From Nemertoderma westbladi (lineage: Eukaryota; Animalia; Xenacoelomorpha), in the NCBI GenBank assembly GCA_032718475.1, contig JAUCBJ010004537.1:62001-126000 (forward strand): DNA of 64,000 nucleotides. Direction: 5' to 3'. The translations under genes and the position numbers were made by a program. Below, piece by piece: positions 12,101 to 24,070 of the stretch (its first letter is position 1; the number at the start of each line of letters is the position of its first letter). The notes beneath the pieces are model-generated. The model did not search any database and was not told the origin of the DNA. It saw only the letters and a list, made by a program, of their open reading frames with translations.

Positions 12101-13289
12101 AGAAAAGGAACAGATAGACCAAACAAAAGCTGAAACCTGCAACAACGTATCAGTGCATCAAAACGCTAAATAACTGCGAAGGTTGTTGATAGTAATGGTA
12201 GCACCAATGTAACCAGTAGGCCTACTGGTATCAATGATAATTTTGAACTAATAAATTTGCCGTGCTTGGCTGAGAATCTCTCTGAAATAGCAATTTGTAA
12301 GGAGTGTAAATTTGGTTCTCTAACAATTCAACCCATTCGTCATTCAGATTGGGATTGTGATCTACAGTTCAAATGCACATATTGCAGTAACTCCATATCA
12401 TTTCATACATCACCAAGAGGATCAAGTGGCCACTCTGAATTAAATATTCGAAGCAATTACGCCTTTCGTAGTGTTGGTCTTGGACCAACACAAGGACCCA
12501 AGAACACAAGAAGAACACATGAACCTTCCCCTCCCTCATCACGATTTGATGCCATTTTAAAATCCATTCATCCAATCATCAAAGAATGTTCAGAATTGTC
12601 CATGAAAGAAGCTGCAATTGAAGTTTAGCAGCAACATCAACAACTAGTGAGACATGAAGTTGAGAAAACTGGAGCCTCTGCCACTACCATCAGAAGTGAT
12701 AAGTCTATTGGTGATGTTGATGTAGCATCTGATCTAGAACAAAATATGCCTGATAAGTTCCATTACATCAACTGGTGGTGCTCCTTTAGGTTGCAAGGAA
12801 CTTCCACACATACCTATCAGCATAGATGGAACCTGGCAGAAGAGGGGACATAAATCCTTGAATGGAGTTGTAACTGTCATTTCTGTTGATACTGGAAAGG
12901 TATTGGATGTTGAGGTGATGACAAAATATTGTCAGCTAATGACAAGCTTCTAATATGAAGAAGAGGTATCCACAATATACAGATCAACATGTTTGCTCGA
13001 AGAATTATTCTGGCAGCAGTTCAGGTATGGAATCAGTTGGAGCATTGCGAATCTTTTCAAGATCTGTCGAGAACTGGAGTTTGGTATATTCTGAGTATCT
13101 AGGAGATGGTGATTCTTCAAGTTTTGCCCGAGTTTCTGATTCTGATCCATACAATGGCATACCTGTCAAGAAGTTAAAGTGCATTGGGCATGTGCAAAAG
13201 AGAATGGGCTTTCACTTGCGCAAGCTGAAGAGGGAAATGAAGGGCAAGCGTATGGAAGATGGGAAATATATTTCCGGGCGTGGCCGACG

Positions 13290-14274
13290 ACCACGTATTG
13301 GTATTAAAAGTGTCGCTGTTTCTTCTATACTTTCTTTAAGACTTCTTTTTTCGTTATTGCGGAAGTGAAAAAGAACAGCAAGCAATTCATCTCGAGAAGG
13401 AAGTTTAGATGCATTAAAGTGTGATCTGGTATCACCTATAAGCCATATTCCTCGTGGATCCCTGACCCTGTATGGTTTACCCATAAGTAAAAGATAAAAA
13501 TTTAACATTAACTTTATATATATATATAATTTATATATGGATAATACTGCAGTACGTTACAATGAATTACGTTACAAGCCAACTGTGAAAACTACAGACT
13601 GCAGACATCAGAGTTAACCTATATTAAATCCCTTCTGCTAAGTGATTTTTTTGTGCGCCGAACGCGACGCGGCGCAGAAAAAAAAGTGCGCGTGCCAGTC
13701 GAAAACAGTGCAAAATCCGCGTGCGCAGCAGAAAAACTGCACGAGATTGGCACGCGCAGCAGAAATTCTGCACGAGATTGGCGCGCACAGCAGAAATACT
13801 GCGCGAAATCTCCTACCACCTACCTGCCTGCCTACTGGCAACTGGCCTAAGCACACCAAGTAGGAGCAGGCTGGCAGGAGGCTTATTACCGATAGGCCCT
13901 ATCTCTTATATGTATTGTAAATCTGCATTGTGTATCTGATAAAATTGTGCGCTAAATGCTTTCGGCGTACATGCCCTATTTATCAGAATGGTATTAAATG
14001 GTACCGTCATTATGTAAAACATCCTATAACTGTCAAACATAATGACGTTATGTCATAAAATGCCAAACAACTAAAATTCACGCTTTTGAACATTAAGCGG
14101 TATATTCTAGAAATTCTGGAAACTTTTAGGAGATTGCGCAAGTTCACAAAATTCTTATTTTTTAATTTTTTTTTATTTATATAATTTTTTTTACCAAGTG
14201 GAACGTACATGAAGGCTGGAGAAAGTAAAATATACACTTTAAAAATTTGCCCTATAGATCTAATCACCCTAGTG
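13290..14274 (-). mobile_element. Truncated CMC/Chapaev-like DNA transposon inserted in the Kolobok transposase
   Basis: Interrupts the GRG|xLTD motif. Minus-strand terminus CACTAGGGTG at 14274. ORF 13212-13508 has IWLIG...SKLPSRDELLAVLFH, which resembles the N-terminus of Chapaev-type transposases (family call from memory). Confidence 0.55.
13650..13810. repeat. GC-rich short tandem repeat (~30 bp, gcagaaa..ctgcacgagattggc.cgc)
   Basis: Three to four imperfect units visible inside the Chapaev-like insert. Confidence 0.6.
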
Positions 14275-15587
14275 GTTGTCTTACTGATGGTGTTATTGAT
14301 AGCTTGCAAAATTACTATGGACTGGCAATTTGTTCAAATAATTCCTGTGTGCTATCGATGAGAAGAGCTATATGGTCCACATTCTTCCACAAACTCTCAA
14401 CAGATAAGTTCCCACAACATGGTCTCTCTCCACAAGACAACGATATGTGGTGCAAATATGTCAAGGCGAAGCTTGAAAGACAGCCATATATATACTCACA
14501 ATAATTCTTTACTGGAGTCAATAATGAACTGCATAAAGCCAATTTGTAGGAAACTCACTAACGCTGACCTATTGAGTAGATGCTTACATGGCAAAACACA
14601 AAACTGTAATGAAAGTATAAACAATCTAATATGGAGCAAGGTTCCAAAGCGAGTCTTTGTAGGTCATCAGGCTTTAGAGATCGGAGTTTGCGACTCTATC
14701 ATATCATTCAATGATGGTGCCATTAGTAAACTAAAGGTTCTCTCAGCCCTGGGTTGTGATGGAACTACCTAGACCCAATCATCTTTGGAGGAGATTGACC
14801 AAGGAAGGATCATATCTGCCCAGAAGGCAGATCATGAGATGCGGAAGTTGTCATGGGCATCTAGGAAACAAAAGATGACAATGATAGTTTGGGAGTTGAA
14901 TATGAACCTGGAATGGCAGATTGAACTGTACTGTATACTTAAAGATCATCTAGTTACTATAGTAGTTACTTCATTGATGTACATCCATTTCATTATTACA
15001 CATAATCTTTCTTATTAACATTCTGAGGTTTTCGGAGACAGTGACTTTAATCGCGATTTACCGCTAATGAATATTCGCAGGCTTTACGATCTTTAGGAAC
15101 ATATATCTCAAGTTGTGCTTGATGGATTTTAATGAAATTTGAAACAGCCCTAGATTGTATATGGCATTTTCTCACTTACTAGAATGGTTACTTGAAACGA
15201 AATAGGACAAAAGTTAGAGGCAACCAAACAAATCAGCAAAAGTTTAAAATATTGGTAATGATACAACCTGCCCCCACGTGCTTCTTTTTTCTCTATTCTA
15301 GTACAAAAGTTGTCCTAAGGGCTGATGAATTGTATTGTCCCAAAATGTCAAGTCAATACCATTTCTAGATCTTGAGATATGTGTTCCTAAGTTTATATAA
15401 AGATCGAAAGGTATTACGAGTGCCCTTAATAAGTTAGATGATTTCTCGTGCCGTTGGGTTGACACATTTAATAGGGAAAACTATTGTAATCCAGTAAGTC
15501 ATATTGTTTAATTATTGCATTACTTACATAATATTCTGATTTTAATCAATATTATCCATTATTAATCTACTCCATTCCTTTCTCTAG

Positions 15588-16249
15588 GCGACCAATCACA
15601 ACCATCCCCTGTTGATTCAGAAACGCTCACTTCCGACGATGACGTAACACCCGGAAGTGTAAATAATTCCTTCGACCAACCTGGTCCCTCTGGGATCCAA
15701 CCCCAGGATATTGTGAAAGGAAGCCGCTCCAATGAGAAGCCTTTCAGCTGTGATACTTGTAGTAAGGCGTTCGCATGGAAAGGCAAGCTAATTATACACC
15801 AACGGATCCACACCGGTGAACTTCTATACCAATGCAGCATCTGCAACAAGCGATTCTCTCAACTAAATACCCTAACCCAGCACAAGCGGACCCACAGTGG
15901 GGAGAGACCGTATAACTGCAACCTGTGTGAGAGACGATTCTCTCAACTAAGCAACCTAATCTCGCACAAGCGGACCCACAGTGGGGAGAGACCGTATAAC
16001 TGCAACCTGTGTGAGAAACATTTCTCTCAACTAAGTACCCTAACTTCGCACACGCGAACTCATTCCGGACAGCGTCCGTACCTGTGCGACACGTGCGGGA
16101 AGGGATTTACGCAGAGCTGCAATCTAACGCGCCACAAGAGATTACATACAGGTGAACGACCGTTTAGCTGCGATACATGCGGGAAATGTTTCACCCAATG
16201 CCATCAGGTATCGCGCCACAAATGTATCCGCAGTGGGGAGACTCAGTAA
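15588..16249 (+). CDS. C2H2 zinc-finger protein, coding exon 2 (5 intact and 1 degenerate Kruppel-type fingers)
   Basis: Acceptor ttcctttctctAG at 15586-15587. Phase 1 continues GDQSQPSPVD... into CxxC-x12-HxxxH fingers with TGERP/SGERP linkers. Stop TAA at 16247-16249. Joined CDS is 1554 nt, 517 aa. Confidence 0.9.
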
Positions 16250-16339
16250 CTGTAATGTTTGTAAGAAACGTTTATCTACTTTCGGTGATATTGTTGGACA
16301 CAGATAAACTAAAATTATGTCTGTAGTTAGTTGTAGATT

Positions 16340-16970
16340 GTGCTGCTTTTCGTGCTGCAGTCCCTTTCTGGCACCCATTTCCAGAATTTTCGTTTAAAAT
16401 TTTCAAAAGTTTTTGTGGCTCACTAAAATTATATTGTTTGCGGTATATAGCTGTCTTTTTAGGATGCTGATCACGAATATGACACTGAAATATATTGTAC
16501 ATTGTTCATTAGGGCATTTTTGTGTGTCAATGTGCGACACTGAAAATACAAGTAGCACAAATTTGATATTCAAAAATCATTACCAAATCAACCTGATTTT
16601 ATGAAATCATGGGTTTTCTGGGACGCTGGTCACGAATATGACACTCAAAAATATTGTATTATCCAACCAAATTAGATTTTTGCCGTTTGAAATTTTATAC
16701 TGGTACTTGTATTTTTCATCCCACCAGACAAACACCAAATACTATAGTTGCATTACGACAAATTATTTTTAACGAGTTGTATCGTGATCAGCGACCTTCA
16801 AAAGCAGTATATCTTCAGAATTACCACACCAGAGTCAAAATTTAACAGTTTGAAATATTTGCTACTTTTCTTTCTGGAGCACCGGAATGGCACCAACATT
16901 GCGTTTGCATTACCAGAAATATTTTTGAACTAGTTTCATCGTGATCAGGGACATCGAAAACCTGTTTACC
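16340..16970. repeat. Interspersed repeat (likely MITE fragment) with internal tcacgaatatgacact subrepeats
   Basis: A reverse-complement homolog lies at ~38890-39260 (gtgtcatattcgtga motifs, aaaatcaggttgatttgg). Confidence 0.7.
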
Positions 16971-18029
16971 ATTAAATGCGATTAATTAACTGGAGTTTGT
17001 AGATAAACAGACTCAATGTCATCTCCATTTGCCATCTATCCCTTCCCTTTTTGTATTTTTGAAAATAATTTCCAAAAGTTTATAATTTATTACCCCCATG
17101 GTTTGTCCACAAAGGGGGAGGGGTCAACCTTCTCCAGAAATCTGAGTAAATAACATTTACCACTCTTTAAAGTTAATACCGCTGCTCAATTGCAATTTTT
17201 GAAGTATAAAAACGTTTATACGAATTTGCGAAGGGGGCAAAATTGTTGACTTTGACTTTGTCCTCGAGTCAAAATGGTCCCCTAAGTTTACGCTGCCCCC
17301 CAACTATTGGGATAATTATTTTTACAGGACGTGTACGGGGATTAATATCTACTGTATTTACAACTTGGCACAAAATTTACTGAAACCTGTGCTATTGACT
17401 CTCGTTTATTGTTTTGGATAGAGAGGGTAGGCCGCGTTCACACTACCTAGTCAAAGTCCAAAAGAAAATAAACAGGCCTATAGCTAGCTAGCAATAATAA
17501 ATAATAATACATTATATAGGCCTAATATAATAAATAAGGGCATTCTAGAAAAAATTAAATTTAATGTAATGTGATTTTCATTTTATGTATGTAGGATAGT
17601 GATTACTATCAGTATCAACTGTATGCACATATAAATGTAAACCTATATACCACTAAGTAACAAGGGTTATTCTAAAACCGAGACGATAGAACATAGCTAC
17701 AGTATACGAATATCTTGTATACTAATATATATATATATAATTAAAGGAATACATGAAAATATACTTAATGTCACTTCTTTCATTATCATACAGTGTAATC
17801 GGTTTTTCGCACCTTCGTAGGCAACAACACAAAAATACGCTCCCTCAGGATTTTAGTTTAGAAATGCAATAATCACAACATAATTATTCCCTACCCCTTT
17901 CCTCACCTCAATACCCCTTTGCCCTCTACAACCAATATCACGGCCTTCCCCCATCGGAAGGTCCTTTTCATTTACTTAGAGATTGCAATTTTACCAGTTT
18001 CCCTGCAAGCTACCACTACTGCCCAATAA

Positions 18030-19990
18030 GGGAGCTTCCTATGCAAATACCTCCCTTCCCTCTCATTGGAGCTTCCTATGCAAATACCTCCCTTCCCTCT
18101 CATTGGAGCTTCCTATGCAAATACCTCCCTTCCCTCTCATTGGAGCTTCCTATGCTTATACATCCATCCCTTCTTATTGGAGCTTCCTATGCAAATAGAT
18201 CACTTCCTTCTCATTGGAGCTTCCTATGCAAATACCTCCCTTCCCTCTCATTGGAGCTTCCTATGCAAATACCTCCCTCCCCTCTCATTGGAGCTTCCTA
18301 TGCAAATACCTCCCTTCCCTCTCATTGGAGCTTCCTATGCAAATACCTCCCTTCCCTCTCATTGGAGCTTCCTATGCAAATACATCTCTTCCCTCTCATT
18401 GGAGCTTCTATGCAAATACCTCCTTTCCCTCTCATTGGAGCTTCCTATGCAAATACATCCCTTCCCTCTCATTGGAGCTTCCTATGCAAATACATCCCTT
18501 CCCTCTCATTGGAGCTTCCTATGCAAATACATCCCTTCCCTCTCATTGGAGCTTCCTATGCAAATACATCCCTTCCCTCTCATTGGAGCTTCCTATGCAA
18601 ATACATCCCTTCCCTCTCATTGGAGCTTCCTATGCAAATACATCCCTTCCCTCTCATTGGAGCTTCCTATGCTTATACATCCACCCCTTCTTATTGGAGC
18701 TTCCTATGCAAATACCTCTCTTCCCTCTCATTGGAGCTTCCTATGCTTATACATCCATCCCTTCTTATTGGAGCTTCCTATGCAAATACATCTCTTCCCT
18801 CTCATTGGAGCTTCCTATGCAAATACCTCCCTTCCTCTCATTGGAGCTTCCTATGCAAATACCTCCCTTCCCTCTCATTGGAGCTTCCTATGCAAACACA
18901 TCACTTCCTTCTCAGTGGAGCTTCATATTATGCAAATACCTCCCTTCCCTCTCATTGGAGCTTCCTATGCAAATACATATCTTCCCTCTCATTGGAGCTT
19001 CTATGCAAATACCTCCCTTCCCTCTCATTGGAGCTTCCTATGCAAATACCTCCCTTCCCTCTCATTGGAGCTTCCTATGCAAATACCTCCCTTCCCTCTC
19101 ATTGGCGCTTCCTATGCTTATACATCCGTCCCTTCTTATTGGAGCTTCCTATGCAAATACATCACTTCCTTCTCATTGGAGCTTCCTATGCAAATACCTC
19201 CCTTCCCTCTCATTGGAGCTTCCTATGCAAATACCTCCCTTCCCTCTCATTGGAGCTTCCTATGCAAATACCTCCCTTCCCTCTCATTGGAGCTTCATAT
19301 GCAAATACCTCCCTTCCCTCTCATTGGAGCTTCCTATGCAAATACATATCTTCCCTCTCATTGGAGCTTCCTATGCAAATACCTCCCTTCCCTCTCATTG
19401 GAGCTTCCTATGCAAATACCTCCCTTCCCTCTCATTGGAGCTTCCTATGCAAATACCTCCATTCCCTCTCATTGGAGCTTCCTATGCAAATACATCTCTT
19501 CCCTCTCATTGGAGCTTCCTATGGAAATACCTCCCTTCCCTCTCATTGGAGCTTCCTATGCAAATACCTCCCTTCCCTCTCATTGGAGCTTCCTATGCAA
19601 ATACATCCCTTCCCTCTCATTGGAGCTTCCTATGCAAATACCTCCCTTCCCTCTCATTGGAGCTTCCTATGCAAATACCTCCCTTCCCTCTCATTGGAGC
19701 TTCCTATGCTTATACATCCATCCCTTCTTATTGGAGCTTCCTATGCAAATACATCCCTTCCCTCTCATTGGAGTTTCCTATGCAAATACATTCCTTCCCT
19801 CTCATTGGAGCTTCCTATGCATATACCTCCCTTCCCTCTCATTGGAGCTTCCTATGCAAATACCTCCCTTCCCTCTCATTGGAGCCTCCTATGCAAATAC
19901 CTCCCTTCCCTCTCATTGGAGCTTCCTATGGAAATACATTCCTTCCCTCTCATTGGAGCTTCCTATGCAAATACCTCCCTTCCTCTCATT
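18030..19990. repeat. 37-bp minisatellite, ~53 copies, most containing the octamer ATGCAAAT
   Basis: Unit GGAGCTTCCTATGCAAATACCTCCCTTCCCTCTCATT. Confidence 0.95.
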
Positions 19991-20438
19991 GTATTAACTC
20001 CTACCCAGTTAATATCAGGGAATAATCATCAGGATCAGGGAAAAACACATCAGAAAATAATTAGCCCAATATTTTGTGGAATTAGCTATTTTGGATATAA
20101 GCCTTCTGTGGTGGTGTAGAGTCAAAACTGCGAGCCATCAGCGAACTGTAATAATTATACTATGGCCGTTTTCTAAAAGTCTGTGTGTGTGTGTGCGTTG
20201 GAATTCAATATATAACAAGCCATAGTAAAATTATAATTGTTCGCTAAGACGGCTTGCAGCTTTTACTGCAAGAGGGCCCCCCACTCGTGTTATTGACAAT
20301 TCAGCAATAAAAATTTTTATAGACTCTAATAGGAATAGGAGGTAGGTAGGGATGGATGCAGAGCTGCCAGTGAAAATTTTTAGCTGCCCATTCTCTCTCC
20401 CCCAGTCTTGTAGTTACATCTTCAGTAATCAACTGCTT

Positions 20439-21252
20439 TTATTCCAAAATTGTAACATTACTCAATGCCGTTAGTATTAACAGCGAGTTGTTATTTTGCA
20501 CTTTACAACTTTAGAGGACATTACAGCATTGTATTGGCCTCTATATTTAGTATTGTATTTGGTGTTATCCGTCAAGTTAGAGTCCCCTTAGTGGACATTA
20601 CTTAACGCCGTCATTGGTTACTACCTAAACAATAGGTGGAAATTTGCCTGACAGCCTGATAGGCCTACAGCATTACCTACCGGTAGGCGGGGTATAGTTA
20701 TTAATAACCAGTTGGGCCTATATTATTATAACATGGCTTCACACGCCAGCCATAAATATAAGCTAACTTATAACTTATTTATAACATAATTTATATCATT
20801 TTTACATTTATTTATACAGCAACTAATTTAATTTGTGCAGTTTCTATCACTTACTGTATAATATATTTCTAATAAAATATTTCGTAATGTTAAAATTTTG
20901 GAATAAAACTATATACATACTGTATTGTTGCGAAGTACTTTACTTTGTTCTGATCCTCGTGGCTTTATTTTCACTCACTCACTAACGTTTGTTCGTGTAA
21001 CAAAGCCACTTGGATCATCACACTGCAAAGTGCTACTTTACACACAAGTATGTAAATGTAAATTGTAAAGTAATGTCCACTAGGGGGACATTCCTTAACG
21101 CCGTCATGGTTACCACGTAAACAATAACACCAAATACAATACTAAATGTACAGGCCAATACAATGTTGTAATGTCCTCTAAAGTTTTAAAGTGCTAAATA
21201 ACAACTCGCTGTTAATACTAACGGCGTTGAGTAATGTTACAATTTTGGAATA
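20439..21252. mobile_element. Palindromic MITE-like element
   Basis: Arms ttattccaaaattgtaacattactcaatgccg... and ...cggcgttgagtaatgttacaattttggaataa. Internal hairpin with a ttcactcactcactaacgtttgttcgtg core. Confidence 0.7.
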
Positions 21253-21679
21253 AGTAGTTATTGTATTAGCTTTTCCAAGGCAACACGCAAAAATCATACT
21301 TGGGAAATTTTTAAACTTTTGCTAAACAATATGTGTACCAAGTTTGGATAGATTTCATCGAGGATTGTCTGCGTTATTAACGTTTAAATATACGGATTTA
21401 CAGATACGCCGATAGTGGTACCCGTATGCTAAGCTCGCTTACTTCCGTGGCTCGCCCCACAATACAGGCTGTGTAACACCAATCAATATATAAAGCAAAT
21501 ATATGAACTAACAGGAGCTGGGTGTAAATGATGGAAATACCAATAACTTAGTCAATAATATCCTACAATACGAAATGCCCTACACTAATTCAGCTGTATT
21601 GTATTTAAGAAGAAAAGGCAAATTTCATGGATACAGTATTTTATTTTGTTTAGTATCATAACACAGAATGAAAATCATT

Positions 21680-23080
21680 TTAACTTAGGACGAGGTCTAA
21701 TGATTCGGAATATTCTCTGATGTCTAGACCCAGAAATGTCTTGATGTAATTAAGCATCCACTGAAAATCATTTCCAGGAAATATAATTTGATAATTGTTC
21801 GCGTCCGGAGCCCCAAGAACCACCAGATTGTTACTATCCGTTTTTTTGTATATTTTATTCTTTCCTGTAATCGATATCGGCTCATAGTGTTTTATATGTT
21901 TTAATTTCATTTGGTTGCGCCTCTGACTCCATTTATTTGTAAACACGCGTAATAAACAAAACTTTGGCATCATCCATACCCCTTTATACCTCGCCATTAC
22001 GCTCGAGTATATCTTCTTATTCTTATAGGCAATGGGTGTAGGTACACATTTGATTATCACTATATCTTCTAGTTCGGAATTTTCTGATAACGAAATATCA
22101 GGAAGACTCGGTTGATAAAACATTGGTACACTGGGTTTCGAGTACTTGGGTAAGCTATCGAGGAAGCCTGTAACATAAACCCGAAAATCTGCGATGGACC
22201 CAAAAAGAGGTTCGTTGTTGACAGTTCGAGCAGAGTGGGTCGGTTCATCAAAATAGAATGTGTAAAGTTGATTATCTTTTGTAACTTGAACTTTACCTGT
22301 ATTTTCATCAATCATTCGAATCTCATCAGATTTTGTGATCCAAAACGACCATTTCAGCCTGTCGCTGTTGGCATTCATAGCGGAGAAACGTCTATACAGA
22401 TCTGGTGTTTTACGGTCCCATCCAATCGCTTTTCTGGGATCTCCCCCATGTCCCCGAGCCAAGGCGAAGTGTCGAACATAGGGATCTGGGACGATTTCAC
22501 CATCTCTGATCCTCACGATGTCAAGAATATCAGTATATATTTGAATATTTTTAATATGGTGAATATTTTTTGTTATTTGAACTCCAGAAAATTTTACGGG
22601 GAGAAATTTTTGGTCATAAATTTCACGAAACTGTTCAAAATCAAACTCATCAACAAAATATATTGAGTAACACTCTGAATACCTTTCATTTTTAATATTT
22701 TTATGACTATTTTCAATTAAAACTGAATATTTTTCTGAATCAAATGTAACCCGTGATACATTATCTATGACATACATAGGGTTGGTGCAATATTTCCTCC
22801 AAGTACTACCATCTTGTCCAACACCATCAGGCTCGTCTTCCCATCCGATAATCGCTATGGGGTGAAATTTCCAGATATTTGGTCGTACGTTATTGGTAGA
22901 TAAATCCACTTCACCATTATCAACAGCTTCGAAAAACAAGCGGTAAATTTCGTTTAATTTAATCGAATCGACTTTAAAATCTTGGAAAACCATACAGAAT
23001 AAGGAGAGTGGATTGGTGGTTTTGCGGTTTTTGTTCTTGTTTAATAACTTTGATTTTAGCACAACACCAGAGAAAGCCAT
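21680..23080 (-). CDS. Intronless 466-aa protein of unknown function (possibly three PH-like repeats)
   Basis: 1.4-kb stop-free frame in AT-rich DNA, Kozak ACCATGG, AATAAA ~35 nt after the stop (21640-21645 on the minus strand), globular amino-acid composition. Confidence 0.8.
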   Translation of the reverse strand: MAFSGVVLKSKLLNKNKNRKTTNPLSLFCMVFQDFKVDSIKLNEIYRLFFEAVDNGEVDLSTNNVRPNIWKFHPIAIIGWEDEPDGVGQDGSTWRKYCTNPMYVIDNVSRVTFDSEKYSVLIENSHKNIKNERYSECYSIYFVDEFDFEQFREIYDQKFLPVKFSGVQITKNIHHIKNIQIYTDILDIVRIRDGEIVPDPYVRHFALARGHGGDPRKAIGWDRKTPDLYRRFSAMNANSDRLKWSFWITKSDEIRMIDENTGKVQVTKDNQLYTFYFDEPTHSARTVNNEPLFGSIADFRVYVTGFLDSLPKYSKPSVPMFYQPSLPDISLSENSELEDIVIIKCVPTPIAYKNKKIYSSVMARYKGVWMMPKFCLLRVFTNKWSQRRNQMKLKHIKHYEPISITGKNKIYKKTDSNNLVVLGAPDANNYQIIFPGNDFQWMLNYIKTFLGLDIREYSESLDLVLS

Positions 23081-23429
23081 GGTTCTACTGTATACTGGAC
23101 CCCTGATGTGTGATATTCTGTCCAGTATTGTTAGAACTTATCCATCATAATTAGGGTCATTTTCAAAAGTTTTAATGTCCGATAGAGATCATTTATGGCA
23201 ATACTACCTAATATATACCGTACAGAGTGATTTATTAATATGTGAGATCTGTAGGGCACTATTTTTTTTTGTCAACAACGGATTAAGCATACAGTAAGTG
23301 TAATATATCCATAAGCTGTAATGCCAACAAAGATCATTTATCTGGAAATTGCGCGAAACAGTTTTCGAAAATCAAACGATACTCCAAGGTATCGTTTGAT
23401 CGACGTGAAAGATTATCAAATGTAACAAG

Positions 23430-24070
23430 AAAATCCTCAGCAAATCTCTGATCGGATGAGCATAAGCTCAAAAGATGGTATGCTTGAGCATGTGGACGAC
23501 TTCTGTTACCTGGGATCATGGATCCAGAATTCAGGTGAGGGACCTTTGAATACGGCAAACGGGAAAGGAATGGGCAGCATTGAATGGGCTTTCCAGGATT
23601 TATAAGTCACTCAGAATACATCGGAAAGTTAGGTCCGATTATTTAGAGCAGAAGTAGATCCAGTACTCCTCTATGGGTGTCCATGCTGGTCTCTAACTGT
23701 TGAGGACACCAAATCTCTGGATGGCACATTCACAAGAATGCTACGCCGGGTTCATTGTGTCAAGTACAATGCACACATCTCAAACCAGACACTATATAAC
23801 ATTAGAGGTGACTCCTTGGTTAACCAATTGGTTTGCAGGACATTGTTTTTGCCGTGAAGACCTGCCTGTGCACAATCTTGTGCCTTGGCAGCCCCATGGA
23901 GAAAATAAGCATGGTGGACAGCCCATGACTTTCCTGAGACACCTCTAAAGGACACTGGCCTGAGGTCAAAGGCGGATGATCTCGCGAAAGTTATGGGGGA
24001 TAGGGAGTTGTGGCGGTGCAACTTTTGTTGATAAGTCGGCATAGTATTCTTAATACACGCTGCATTGGGC
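23430..24070 (+). mobile_element. Degenerate 3' fragment of an RTE-clade LINE
   Basis: Colinear with 38090-38750 but with indels and stops (FAGHCFCRED, WQPHG.NKHGGQP). Confidence 0.85.

Larger units (their letters stand above)
12100..15425 (+). mobile_element. Decayed Kolobok(-Hydra)-type DNA transposon (Mutator-like transposase domain)
   Basis: Frameshifted transposase motifs: CKEC..CTYC, ISIDGTWQKRGHKSLNGVV..TGKVLDVEV, GSSSGME, YLGDGDS, CIGHVQKRMG, GRG/LTDGVIDSLQNYYG, CLHGKTQNCNESINNLIW. The right end ...gagtgccc is followed by TTAA (15426-15429). No left terminus found. Confidence 0.8.

Noticed and set aside
18041-20119. 600-690-aa ORFs in all three frames
   Set aside because: Artefact of a stop-free 37-bp unit cycling through frames; no flanking coding signal.
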